A stretch of DNA of 64,000 nt from an uncultured Burkholderiaceae bacterium (GCA_964509685.1 CAZDYQ010000006.1:176-64175), one strand, 5' to 3'; shown: positions 31,315 to 40,417, counted from the first letter of the stretch. Numbers and translations are program-made. Notes: generated from the sequence alone by a model not told the origin.

Positions 31315-32318
31315 ACGGATCCCACGACACCCAGAGCATGGCCGTGTTCTGCGACTTCGAGAACGTCGCGCTCGGCGTCGAGGAAGCGCGCTACGACAAG
31401 TTCGATATCGGGCTGATCCTCGAGAAGCTGCTCCTGAAGGGCAGCATCGTCGTCAAGAAGGCCTACTGCGACTGGGAGCGCTACAAGAGCTTCAAGGCCG
31501 CCATGCACCAGGCCTCCTTCGAGCTGATCGAGATCCCGCACGTCCGGCAATCGGGCAAGAACTCCGCGGACATCCGGCTGGTGGTCGATGCACTGGACCT
31601 CTGCTATACGAAGTCGCACGTGGACACCTTCGTGATCATCAGCGGCGACTCCGACTTCTCCCCGCTGGTGAGCAAGCTGCGCGAGAACGCCAAGACGGTG
31701 ATCGGGGTCGGGGTGAAGAACTCCACCTCGGACCTGCTGATCGCCAACTGCGACGAGTTCATCTACTACGACGACCTGGTGCGCCTGCAGGCGCGGCCGA
31801 AGGGGCGCGCCGGCAAGGCGGGCGGCAAGGCCGCCTCGCGCACGGGCGACAGGTCCGCGACGGCGAAGCCGGCGGACAAGGCCGAGAAGGCGGCGGAGAA
31901 GTCGGACAAGGGGTCCGACAAGGCCGCCGGAAAGGCGCCGGCGAAGGCGGACAAGGCGGCCTCGACGGCAGCGCGCAAGTCCCGCGCAGCCCAGGCCGCG
32001 GAGGAGGACGCAAAGGCGCCCGTGGCGACGGAGCCGGCCGTGGCCGCCACGGCGGACAACGGCGACGAGCAGCGACTGCAGGAGGCGATGGACCTGCTGC
32101 TCGACACCTACGAGGCGCTGCTTTCCGAACGCGGTTCGGAAGAGAAGATCTGGGGGTCGATGATCAAGCAGGCGCTCAAGCGCCGCAATCCCGGCTTCTC
32201 CGAGAGCTACTACGGCTTCCGCTCCTTCAACAGCCTGCTCGAGGAAGCCGAGGCGCGCAACCTCGTCGAGCTCGAGCGGGACGAGAAGTCCGGCGGCTAC
32301 AAGGTGCGCGCGATCTGA
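31311..32318 (+). CDS. NYN-domain (limkain-b1-type, PIN-like predicted RNase) + OST-HTH/LOTUS protein with a Lys/Ala-rich linker.
   Basis: ATG 31311 overlaps the MFS stop (ATGA) and follows GGAAGGAA. NYN region: AVFCDFENV, NSADIRLVVDALDL, FVIISGDSDFSPLVSKLRE, TVIGVGV. C-terminal LOTUS-like region: IWGSMIKQALKRRNPGFSESYYGFRSFNSLLEEAEARNLVEL. Confidence 0.75.
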   Translation: MNGSHDTQSMAVFCDFENVALGVEEARYDKFDIGLILEKLLLKGSIVVKKAYCDWERYKSFKAAMHQASFELIEIPHVRQSGKNSADIRLVVDALDLCYTKSHVDTFVIISGDSDFSPLVSKLRENAKTVIGVGVKNSTSDLLIANCDEFIYYDDLVRLQARPKGRAGKAGGKAASRTGDRSATAKPADKAEKAAEKSDKGSDKAAGKAPAKADKAASTAARKSRAAQAAEEDAKAPVATEPAVAATADNGDEQRLQEAMDLLLDTYEALLSERGSEEKIWGSMIKQALKRRNPGFSESYYGFRSFNSLLEEAEARNLVELERDEKSGGYKVRAI

Positions 32319-32339
32319 GACCGACGCGCCCGGGGAGGC

Positions 32340-33890
32340 TCAGCCGAACTGCGTCCGCAGGGCGCGCTTGAGCACCTTCCCGCTCGGGTTCTTGGGAAGG
32401 GACTCGACGAAGATCACCCGCTTGGGTGACTTGAAATGGGCGAGCCGCTCCCGGCAGAACGCGACCAGCGCCTCCTCGGTCACCTCGTGCCCCGGGCGGG
32501 GCACCACCACGGCCGTGACCGCCTCGATCCAGCGGGGATCGGGCAAGCCGATCACGGCCACCTCCGACACCGCGGGATGGGCATAGAGAGCCTCCTCGAC
32601 CTCGCGGCTCGCGACGTTCTCGCCGCCGGTCTTGATCATGTCCTTCTTGCGATCGACCACGGTGATGTAGCCGTCGGCATCGACCGTGGCCAGGTCGCCG
32701 CTGTGGAACCAGCCGCCATGGAAGGCCTCGGCGGTCCGCTCCGGATCCTTGTAGTAGCCGGTCATCAGCTGCGGCGAGCGATGCACGATCTCGCCGACTT
32801 CGCCCGGCGCCACGTCCCGCATGTCGTCGTCGACCACCCGGGTCTCGACATTGAGGACCGGCCGGCCGGCCGAACCCGGCCGCGCCAGCTGCTCGTCGGG
32901 CCCGAGCATGGTCGCGAGCGGCGCGATCTCGGTCTGGCCGTACAGGTTCCACAGGCGCACCCGCGGCAGGCGGGAGGCGAGCTCGCGCAGCACCTCGACC
33001 GGCATGATGGACGCGCCGTAGTAGCCCTTCGCCAGGCTGGAGAGGTCGGCCGCGTCGAAGCCGGGATCCCGCAGCAGCGCGATCCACACCGAGGGCGGCG
33101 CGAAGAAGGAACTCACCCGGTGGCGCGACAGCAGCGAGAGCAGGTTGGCCGGCGTGGGCTTGCCCGTGATCACGTTCGTGGCGCCGGCATAGATGCCCGG
33201 TCCGAAGAACACGTCGAGCTGCGCGCAGTGGTAGAGCGGCAGCGCGTGCAGGATCAGGTCGTCGCGGTGGATCTCGGCGTCGGCGAGGCAGCTCACGTAC
33301 TGCCACAGCACGGCGTCGTGCGACAGCATCGCGCCCTTGGGCGCGGACTCGGTGCCGCTCGTATAGATGATCTGCAGGAGCGATCCGCCATCGATCGCGA
33401 CATCGGGCGCGGCATCGGATGACGAGAGGACCGCCTCGAAATGCGCCATGCCGGCCGGCGGCTCCGCGGGATCCTCGCCCGGCAGCCAGAGCAGCGACTC
33501 CACCGAGGTATCGCGGCCGGAGGCCTCGCGGCCAAGCTCGACCAGGTCCGGGCCGACCGCCAGCAGGCGGGCGCCGCTGTGGCGCAGGACGAAGGCGACC
33601 TCGTCGGCGTTGAGCATGAAGTTGACCGGCACCAGCACCGCCCCGAGGCGCGCCAGGGCGAAGCGCATCGCCGCGAAGGCGTGCGAGTTGCGCGAAAGGA
33701 TCGCCACCCGGTCGCCCTGGCCGATGCCCCCTGCGGCCAGCCCGTTGGCGAGACGGTTGGCGATGCGATCGAACTCCCGATAGCTCCAGGTGACTTCGCC
33801 GCAGACCAGCGCGACCTTGTCGGGCACGCGCGCGGCGGTGCGGCGGAGTACGTCGCCGATGGTCTGGCGTCGGATCGCCGGTTCGCTCAT
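32340..33890 (-). CDS. Acyl-CoA synthetase (AMP-forming; FadD/medium-chain type).
   Basis: 516 aa. Motifs IIYTSGTESAPKGAMLSH, YGQTEIAP, WFHSGDLATVDADGYITVVDRKKDMIKTGGENV. Confidence 0.85.
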   Translation of the reverse strand: MSEPAIRRQTIGDVLRRTAARVPDKVALVCGEVTWSYREFDRIANRLANGLAAGGIGQGDRVAILSRNSHAFAAMRFALARLGAVLVPVNFMLNADEVAFVLRHSGARLLAVGPDLVELGREASGRDTSVESLLWLPGEDPAEPPAGMAHFEAVLSSSDAAPDVAIDGGSLLQIIYTSGTESAPKGAMLSHDAVLWQYVSCLADAEIHRDDLILHALPLYHCAQLDVFFGPGIYAGATNVITGKPTPANLLSLLSRHRVSSFFAPPSVWIALLRDPGFDAADLSSLAKGYYGASIMPVEVLRELASRLPRVRLWNLYGQTEIAPLATMLGPDEQLARPGSAGRPVLNVETRVVDDDMRDVAPGEVGEIVHRSPQLMTGYYKDPERTAEAFHGGWFHSGDLATVDADGYITVVDRKKDMIKTGGENVASREVEEALYAHPAVSEVAVIGLPDPRWIEAVTAVVVPRPGHEVTEEALVAFCRERLAHFKSPKRVIFVESLPKNPSGKVLKRALRTQFG

Positions 33891-34022
33891 GGGGGCCTCT
33901 CCTCGATGGTGTTCCGCTGCCCGGCGGACGCTCGCGCCGGATCGACTATGCTAGCGCGCCGCCCGGTCGTGCGCGCTGCCGCCGCGCTCGCTAGACTCTC
34001 GGGACACACGGAGGAGCACGAA

Positions 34023-34778
34023 ATGGCAGGGAAATTCGAGGGACGCCGCGTCGTGGTGACCGGCGGCAGCCGTGGAATCGGCCGCGCGATAGCGCTGGGC
34101 TTCGCCTCGCAGGGCGCGCACGTGTCGATCTGCGCCCGCGGCGAGGCGGCCCTGCGCGCGACCGAGGCGGAGCTCGCGGAGCGCAGCGGCGGGCCGGTGC
34201 ACGCGGCCTGCTGCGACCTCGCGCAGGCCGACGGCATCGCCGACTACATCGCGGCGGCGGCCGAGGCCCTGGGCGGGATCGACATCCTGGTGAACAATGC
34301 CTCGGGCTTCGGCCGGACCGACGACGAGGCCGGCTGGGCGGCGAGCATCGAAGTGGACCTGCTCGGGACGGTGCGCGCGTGCCGGGCCGCGCTGCCGCAC
34401 CTGACCGTCCGGCCGGGCGCGTCCATCGTCAACATCTCCTCCATTTCGGGCCTGGCGCCGAGCGTCCGCACGCCGGCCTACGGCGCGATCAAGGCGGCGC
34501 TCATCCAGTACACCCGCACCCAGGCCGCCCAGCTCGCGAGCCAGCGCATCCGGGTGAACTGCATCGCGCCGGGCTCGATCGAGTTCCCGGACGGGGTATG
34601 GGACCAGGCACGGCGCAAGCAGCCCGAGCTCTACGCCCGCATCCGCAACTCCATCCCCTTCGGCCGGATGGGCACCGCGGAGGAGGTCGCCAACGTGGCG
34701 CTCTTCCTCGCGAGCGACGACGCCCGCTGGGTGACGGGCCAGACGATCGCGGTCGACGGGGGGCAGATGCTCGGCTGA
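34023..34778 (+). CDS. Short-chain dehydrogenase/reductase (SDR).
   Basis: Trimmed to MAGKFEGRRVVVTGGSRGIGRAIA at 34023. NNAS motif, catalytic YGAIKAAL and a PGSIEFP motif are present. Confidence 0.9.
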   Translation: MAGKFEGRRVVVTGGSRGIGRAIALGFASQGAHVSICARGEAALRATEAELAERSGGPVHAACCDLAQADGIADYIAAAAEALGGIDILVNNASGFGRTDDEAGWAASIEVDLLGTVRACRAALPHLTVRPGASIVNISSISGLAPSVRTPAYGAIKAALIQYTRTQAAQLASQRIRVNCIAPGSIEFPDGVWDQARRKQPELYARIRNSIPFGRMGTAEEVANVALFLASDDARWVTGQTIAVDGGQMLG

Positions 34779-34818
34779 AGCGCGCGCCCGCCCGCGGGCG
34801 GCGCTCCCGACGGGCGCC

Positions 34819-35604
34819 TCAGATGACCGAGGCCGCCCCGCCGTCCATGGGAATCACCGCCCCGGTGACGTACGAGGCCCTGGCCGAGGCCAGGAACAGC
34901 GCCACGTCGGCGATCTCGCACGGCTCGGCGAGCCGTCCCATGGGCACCGAGGCGACCGCGGCGGCGAGCAGCTCGTCCCGCGTGCGACCTGTCGAGCGGG
35001 CCTGGGCCGCGAGGCCCTCCTCGAGGCGGGTGGTGAGCGTGAGGCCGGGGTTGATCGCGTTGACCCTCACGCCATGCGCCGCATACGCATTGGCATAGCC
35101 CACCGTCGCGAGCATCAGCGCGGCATTGGCCGCACCGCCGGGGATGTGGTGGGGGGTGGCGCGGCGGCCTCCCTGGCCGATGATGTTGACGACGCTGCCG
35201 CGGCCGCGGCTCGCCATGCGCCGCACGACCGCGTCGAGCAGGTACATCGTGGTGAAGTACTTCGCGTCCATGCCCTGGCGGAAGGCGGCGCCGCACAGCT
35301 CCTCGGGCGCGTAGCGCTTCGCCGCGCCCGCCGAATTGACCAGCACCGATATGGGGCCATGTACCTCCTCGACGCGATCGACCAGCGTCAGCACCGCCTG
35401 CTCGTCGCCGACGTCGGCGGGCTCGATCGCGATCTCGAGCCCCTCGCGCCGCAGCTCCGTGGCGGCATCCTCGAGCACCCTGGCATTGCGCGCCACGCCC
35501 ACCACCTTCGCTCCCGCCGCCGCGAAGGCCCGGGCGCAGGCCAGGCCGATCCCCTTGCTGGCGCCCGCCACCAGCGTCACCGCTCCCTCGAGTTCCAGAT
35601 TCAT
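34819..35604 (-). CDS. Short-chain dehydrogenase/reductase (SDR).
   Basis: Trimmed to MNLELEGAVTLVAGASKGIGLACA at 35604, preceded by AAGGAGA. Its start overlaps the upstream stop (ATGA). Confidence 0.85.
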   Translation of the reverse strand: MNLELEGAVTLVAGASKGIGLACARAFAAAGAKVVGVARNARVLEDAATELRREGLEIAIEPADVGDEQAVLTLVDRVEEVHGPISVLVNSAGAAKRYAPEELCGAAFRQGMDAKYFTTMYLLDAVVRRMASRGRGSVVNIIGQGGRRATPHHIPGGAANAALMLATVGYANAYAAHGVRVNAINPGLTLTTRLEEGLAAQARSTGRTRDELLAAAVASVPMGRLAEPCEIADVALFLASARASYVTGAVIPMDGGAASVI

Positions 35605-36968
35605 GTCGTGTCTCCTTGCGCGCCCGCCGCCTCCGATGCCAGCCGCCGGCGTACCAGCGCGATGTGCGAGCGCAGAGCATACAGTTCCTCGGCGTGGGAC
35701 AAGGGTACCGCGATGCGCTCGACGCGGGCGTCGAGCTGGTCGAGCCGCTCGACCAGGCGCGCGACCTCGCCCGGCGGGCGCCCCGGTCCGAGCGCGGCCA
35801 CGTCCTCCTCGATCTCGCGCAGCTGCCCATACCAGCGGAACACCCGTGAACGCACGCGGAACTGGTAGAGCGGCGGCACCAGGCGCGACAGCGGGATCAG
35901 CACCGCGACGATCGCCGCGAGCACCACCCACATCCGGTCGACCAGGTTGGCGAGCCAGAACGGCAGGTAGCGCTGCAGGAAGGGCCGGCCGTCGCGATAG
36001 AAGCGGGCCGCCTCGTCGGCGAGCGGGATCTCCATGCCCCCGGGGGACGGAAAGGTGCCGGCGCGACTGAACCAGCCGGGCTCGGCATGCAGCGCGGCAG
36101 CCGCCTGGACCATGAGCTGCACCAGCGCGGGGTGCGTTCCCTCGCGCGCGACGAGGGTGGTGGTCGTCGCGACCAGGCGATAGTCCTCCGGTGGCAAATC
36201 GGCCCCCAGGTCCACCACGCCGCGCGGCAGCACGACCTTCGTGAGGAAGCCGAAGCGGCGCTCGTAGGCGTCGGCCTGCGCGAAGTCCAGCAGGCGAATG
36301 CCCGGGGTCTGCAGGAGCATCCGCACGAGGGGCGATTCCGGCGCCGAGGCGAACACGACCGCGTCGAGCCTGCCCGCGAGCAGCTCGACGACCGCCGGCG
36401 TGTGCTCCAGCGGCAGGCGCTCGATCGAGCGCAGGTCGATGCGATTGGCCTCGAGCAGGCTGTCGAAGAGGACCGGCACGCCGGTGCCCTCCGGGCCCGT
36501 GGCGATGCGCCAGCCCGCCAGGCCCGCGAGCGAGTCGAGCGCGCGGTCGCCCAGGCCGGGCGCCCCGTCGCGGTAGAAGACCCAGACGGGCTCGTAGAAC
36601 AGGCTCCCGATCGAGACGAGCCCCGCGGCGCGCGCCTGTCCCGGGCTCGCGGTGCCGCCCTGCACGAAGCCGAAGTCCACGCCCTCGTCGGGATCGTTGG
36701 CGAGCAGCCGCTCGAAGTTGTCGCGCGAGCCCGCGGTGGGCACCAGCTCCACCGCGATGCCCATGCGCGCCAGCCGGTCGCGATAGCGTGCGCCAATCGC
36801 CTCGTAGGCGCTCTGCTCCGGTCCCGTCGCGAGGCGCAGCCGCCGCGGCGGCATGGGATCGAGCACATGGTACGCGAGCACCAGCAGCGCGATCGTCAGC
36901 AGCACGAAGGGACCGGCGCTCACAGACAGGTCGCGGATCGAGAGCAGGAGCGGCCGAAGGCGGGGCAT
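35601..36968 (-). CDS. TAXI-family (TRAP-type) solute-binding domain protein, membrane-anchored at both ends, with a cytoplasmic coiled-coil tail.
   Basis: 455 aa. N-terminal TM GPFVLLTIALLVLAY. A periplasmic TAXI-like domain (LRLATGPEQSAYEAIGARYRD, VDFGFVQGG). C-terminal TM MWVVLAAIVAVLIPL, then LREIEEDVAAL...LDQLDARVERI. The family call is from memory. Confidence 0.6.
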   Translation of the reverse strand: MPRLRPLLLSIRDLSVSAGPFVLLTIALLVLAYHVLDPMPPRRLRLATGPEQSAYEAIGARYRDRLARMGIAVELVPTAGSRDNFERLLANDPDEGVDFGFVQGGTASPGQARAAGLVSIGSLFYEPVWVFYRDGAPGLGDRALDSLAGLAGWRIATGPEGTGVPVLFDSLLEANRIDLRSIERLPLEHTPAVVELLAGRLDAVVFASAPESPLVRMLLQTPGIRLLDFAQADAYERRFGFLTKVVLPRGVVDLGADLPPEDYRLVATTTTLVAREGTHPALVQLMVQAAAALHAEPGWFSRAGTFPSPGGMEIPLADEAARFYRDGRPFLQRYLPFWLANLVDRMWVVLAAIVAVLIPLSRLVPPLYQFRVRSRVFRWYGQLREIEEDVAALGPGRPPGEVARLVERLDQLDARVERIAVPLSHAEELYALRSHIALVRRRLASEAAGAQGDTT

Positions 36969-37020
36969 CGCGGGGACCGGGCTTTTCGGTCCCGCGATGG
37001 TAACGGAACGCCGCGCGCCG

Positions 37021-37842
37021 CTAGGCGAGGATCTCCTCGACCTTGCGACGGGCGGCGGCCGGGGAGATGTTCAGCAGGGCCCCGACCTCCTCGAGGTCGT
37101 CGGGGATGGCGGGGTTCGACCAGCCGCCGTCCAGGTGACGGGCGAGCTGCACCGCGAGGCGCACGTTCCTGGCGCGCGGCGTGCGATCCTGGGGATCCGT
37201 GAGCCGGATCAGTGCGGCCGGCATCTGCCAGCGCTTGAGGAGGTACTGCTGGACCTCGGCGAGCTCCACGCCCAGCAGCTCGCGCTGGATCCTCGCCGAT
37301 CGCAGCGAGGGATCCGCCCGCTGGCGCCGGGCGATATCCGCGGCGATGTCGGGCTCGTGGCACCAGAGCAGCAGTCCGGCGAACTCGTCGAGCATCGCGG
37401 CCTCGTAGATCAGCTCCGTGTCCGTGTCCTGGCGCAGCACCGCCAGGCCGACCGCGAGCAGCGCGGCGCGCCGCGAGCGGCGCAGCAGGGCCAGCAGGCC
37501 GCGATACTCCGACGCGCGCCCGGCGAAGCAGTCCTCCGCCACCGCCTGGCCGTCGAATTCGCGGAAGAACGGCGGCACGCCCAGCAGGAGCACGGCCGCG
37601 GTGACGGTTTCCGTGTCGGTGACGATGCGGCGCGAGCGCCGCGCCACGATACGCCTCAACAGCTTCAGGGTCATCAGCGGATCGGCGAGCACGATGCGCG
37701 CGATCCCGTGCGAGTCGGCTTCCTCCTCCTGCCGGCGCAGCCGGGCGAGCGCGCGCACGGTCCGACGCATGACCGGGATCTCGGGTTCGCCGAGCCTTCT
37801 CGCCCAGCCCTCGACGCTGCGGGGAGCCAGTATCGCTGCCAT
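37021..37842 (-). CDS. HDOD-domain signalling protein.
   Basis: Trimmed to MAAILAPRSVEG at 37842. IARIVLADPLMTLKLLRRI and TAAVLLLGVPPF resemble the HDOD core. Confidence 0.6.
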   Translation of the reverse strand: MAAILAPRSVEGWARRLGEPEIPVMRRTVRALARLRRQEEEADSHGIARIVLADPLMTLKLLRRIVARRSRRIVTDTETVTAAVLLLGVPPFFREFDGQAVAEDCFAGRASEYRGLLALLRRSRRAALLAVGLAVLRQDTDTELIYEAAMLDEFAGLLLWCHEPDIAADIARRQRADPSLRSARIQRELLGVELAEVQQYLLKRWQMPAALIRLTDPQDRTPRARNVRLAVQLARHLDGGWSNPAIPDDLEEVGALLNISPAAARRKVEEILA

Positions 37843-38192
37843 GGTCTTGCCGTTGCCGGAGGGTCCTGCTTCCCACGTTATTACGGCAATCCCCAAGACC
37901 ACTTGAGTCGCGGATGCGCCACGCTGATGCATGTCGCATGACCAAGCGTGTCACTATTGAACCAATCCGAACCGGGCCTGCGCCCGGCTCTCGGCGACAG
38001 TCGCGGAAGACGCCCCTTCCCGACGGCGTTCGACGCCCCGATTGGCGCCGTCCGTCAGGGCAAGTCATCGAAATCCGGCGCAGGAACGTTTCGTGCTTTG
38101 AGTCCACGGTACGGACGCCTTGCAAACGGCGCGACGCGCACCACTCCACGACGCGATGCGCCCGGCGGACGTACCCGACGAGGACGGGGCAG

Positions 38193-38441
38193 ATGACGAT
38201 GCGCCAGCGCGGATGGATTCCGAGCGACGACCGGGCGCACAGGCCGGCCGAAACCGCTCCCCTCGACACGACCGAGTTCGTCGTCGACGCGCCGGGCTTC
38301 ATCTTCTTCCCGACCGCTGCCGACCAGCCCGCTTCCCCAGCGCGGCCCGCCGACAACCTCCTCTCGCACTTCACCGGCGCCTCGCCACGGCGCCCGGGTT
38401 CGCTCACTTCCGACGTCGTTTCCCTGGAGGTCACAACATGA
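38193..38441 (+). CDS. Candidate small ORF (82 aa) translationally coupled to prkA; hypothetical.
   Basis: ATG 38193 is preceded by GAGGA. The stop overlaps the prkA ATG as ATGA at 38438-38441. Third codon positions are predominantly G/C. The sequence MTMRQRGWIPSDDRAHRPAETAPLDTTEFVVDAPGFIFFPTAADQP... matches no family I recognise. Confidence 0.3.
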   Translation: MTMRQRGWIPSDDRAHRPAETAPLDTTEFVVDAPGFIFFPTAADQPASPARPADNLLSHFTGASPRRPGSLTSDVVSLEVTT

Positions 38442-40360
38442 ACCTGTTCGAGAGCTATCAGGCTTCCTTCGCCAAGTCCCGCGAAGAGGAGATGTCCCTG
38501 ATGCAGTACCTGGATCTTTGCCGCAGCGACCCGCTCGCCTATGCGAGCGCGGCCGAGCGGATGCTCTCGGCGATCGGCGAGCCGGAAGTCATCGACACGC
38601 GCCACGACCCACGCCTGTCGCGGCTGTTCTCCAACCGCATCATCCGTCGCTACCCGGCCTTCCGCGAGTTCTACGGCATGGAGGACGCGATCGCGCAGAT
38701 CGTCGCCTACTTCCGCCATGCGGCGCAGGGACTCGAGGAACGCAAGCAGGTGCTCTACCTGCTCGGGCCCGTGGGCGGCGGGAAGTCCTCCATCGCCGAA
38801 CGGCTCAAGGCCCTCATGGAGGTGCACCCGATCTACGCCCTCAAGGGATCGCCCGTCAACGAGTCGCCGCTCGGCCTGTTCCAGCCCGAGCGCGACGGCG
38901 AGGCGCTCGAGCGCGAGTTCGGGATCCCGCGGCGCTACCTGACGGGGATCATGAGCCCCTGGGCGGTCAAGCGCCTGGCGGAATACGACGGCGACATCAC
39001 CCGCTTTCGCGTGGTGCGGCTGCAGCCGTCGGTGCTTCGGCAGATCGCGATCACCAAGACGGAACCCGGCGACGAGAACAACCAGGACATCTCCTCGCTG
39101 GTGGGGAAGGTCGACATCCGCAAGCTCGAGCACTACTCCCAGGACGACCCCGATGCGTACAGCTACTCGGGCGGCCTGTGCCTGGCAAACCAGGGGCTGC
39201 TCGAGTTCGTCGAGATGTTCAAGGCGCCGATCAAGATGCTCCATCCGCTCCTGACGGCGACCCAGGAGGGCAACTTCAAGGGGACGGAAGGCTTCTCCGC
39301 CATTCCCTTCCAGGGAATCATCCTCGCCCACTCGAACGAGAGCGAGTGGCAGACCTTCCGCAACAACCGCAACAACGAGGCCTTCCTCGACCGGATCTAC
39401 ATCGTCAAGGTGCCCTACTGCCTGCAGGTGTCCGAGGAGGTCAAGATCTACGAGAAGCTCCTCGCCAACAGCTCGCTCGCCAATGCGCCCTGCGCACCGG
39501 GCACGCTCGACATGATGGCCCAGTTCGCGGTCCTCACCCGCCTGAAGGAGCCCGAGAACTCCAGCATCTACACGAAGATGCGGGTCTATGACGGCGAAAA
39601 CCTGAAGGACATCGACCCCAACGCCAAGTCGGTGCAGGAGTACCGCGACTATGCCGGCATCGACGAGGGCATGAGCGGCATCTCCACGCGGTTCTCGTAC
39701 AAGGTGCTGTCGGCGGTGTTCAACTACGACCAGACGGAGATCGCCGCCAACCCTGTGCACCTGATGTACGTGCTCGAGCAGAAGCTGCTGCGCGAGCAGC
39801 TGCCCGAGGAGCAGCAGCGTCGCTACCTGGACTTCATCAAGGGCTGGCTCGCCCCGCGCTACGCGGAGTTCATCGGCAAGGAGATCCAGACGGCCTACCT
39901 CGAGTCCTATTCCGAGTACGGCCAGAACATCTTCGACCGCTACGTCACCTACGCCGACTACTGGATCCAGGACGAGGACTACCGCGATCCGGAGACGGGC
40001 GAGAGCTTCGACCGGGCGCAGCTCAACGCCGAGCTCGAGAAGATCGAGAAGCCGGCGGGCATCGCCAACCCGAAGGACTTCCGCAACGAGATCGTGAACT
40101 TCGTGCTGCGGGCGCGCGCCAACAACAACGGCAAGAACCCGGCATGGACCAGCTACGAGAAGCTGCGCGAGGTGATCGAGAAGAAGATGTTCTCGAACAC
40201 CGAGGAGCTGCTGCCGGTCATCTCGTTCAATGCCAAGGCCTCGGCCGAGGACCAGCGCAAGCACGACAGCTTCGTTGAAAGGATGGTGAGCAAGGGATAT
40301 ACAGAGAAGCAGGTTCGGCTGCTCTGCGAGTGGTACCTCCGGGTGCGCAAGTCGCAGTAA
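38438..40360 (+). CDS. prkA: PrkA (YeaG) AAA+/Ser protein kinase.
   Basis: Trimmed to MNLFESYQASFAKSREEEMSLMQYLDL at 38438, preceded by GGAGG. Walker A LLGPVGGGKSS. Long conserved blocks: GLLEFVEMFKAPIKMLHPLLTATQEGNF, AFLDRIYIVKVPYCL. Confidence 0.95.
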   Translation: MNLFESYQASFAKSREEEMSLMQYLDLCRSDPLAYASAAERMLSAIGEPEVIDTRHDPRLSRLFSNRIIRRYPAFREFYGMEDAIAQIVAYFRHAAQGLEERKQVLYLLGPVGGGKSSIAERLKALMEVHPIYALKGSPVNESPLGLFQPERDGEALEREFGIPRRYLTGIMSPWAVKRLAEYDGDITRFRVVRLQPSVLRQIAITKTEPGDENNQDISSLVGKVDIRKLEHYSQDDPDAYSYSGGLCLANQGLLEFVEMFKAPIKMLHPLLTATQEGNFKGTEGFSAIPFQGIILAHSNESEWQTFRNNRNNEAFLDRIYIVKVPYCLQVSEEVKIYEKLLANSSLANAPCAPGTLDMMAQFAVLTRLKEPENSSIYTKMRVYDGENLKDIDPNAKSVQEYRDYAGIDEGMSGISTRFSYKVLSAVFNYDQTEIAANPVHLMYVLEQKLLREQLPEEQQRRYLDFIKGWLAPRYAEFIGKEIQTAYLESYSEYGQNIFDRYVTYADYWIQDEDYRDPETGESFDRAQLNAELEKIEKPAGIANPKDFRNEIVNFVLRARANNNGKNPAWTSYEKLREVIEKKMFSNTEELLPVISFNAKASAEDQRKHDSFVERMVSKGYTEKQVRLLCEWYLRVRKSQ

Positions 40361-40366
40361 ACCGAG

Positions 40367-40382
40367 CGGGGCGCGCGCCCCG
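40367..40382. repeat. 16-bp perfect palindrome (intercistronic hairpin).
   Basis: CGGGGCGC|GCGCCCCG lies between the prkA stop and the yeaH start. Confidence 0.7.
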
Positions 40383-40417
40383 GGTGCGCGCCGTTCTGCA
40401 ATCTTCCGGACCGCACG

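Noticed and set aside
31790-32030. Repetitive-looking DNA (recurrent GACAAGG / GGCGGC units) that might be a tandem repeat or array.
   Set aside because: The repeats are imperfect and in frame, and simply encode the Lys/Ala/Asp-rich linker of the NYN-LOTUS protein. There is no spacer/repeat periodicity of CRISPR type.
38108-38124. Sigma-54-like element (GG...TTGCA) upstream of prkA.
   Set aside because: GG and GC are separated by 12 nt instead of the required 10, and the -24 element is GGTAC rather than TGGCAC.
36920-40264. 1114-aa minus-strand ORF antisense to prkA. Similar very long shadow ORFs are 588..2897, 9868..13077, 19003..21393, 49263..52043 and 52236..55031.
   Set aside because: These are typical high-GC shadow ORFs. 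Their products are low-complexity (R/A/G/P/D/H-rich). The opposite or alternate frame carries unambiguous homology to known families.
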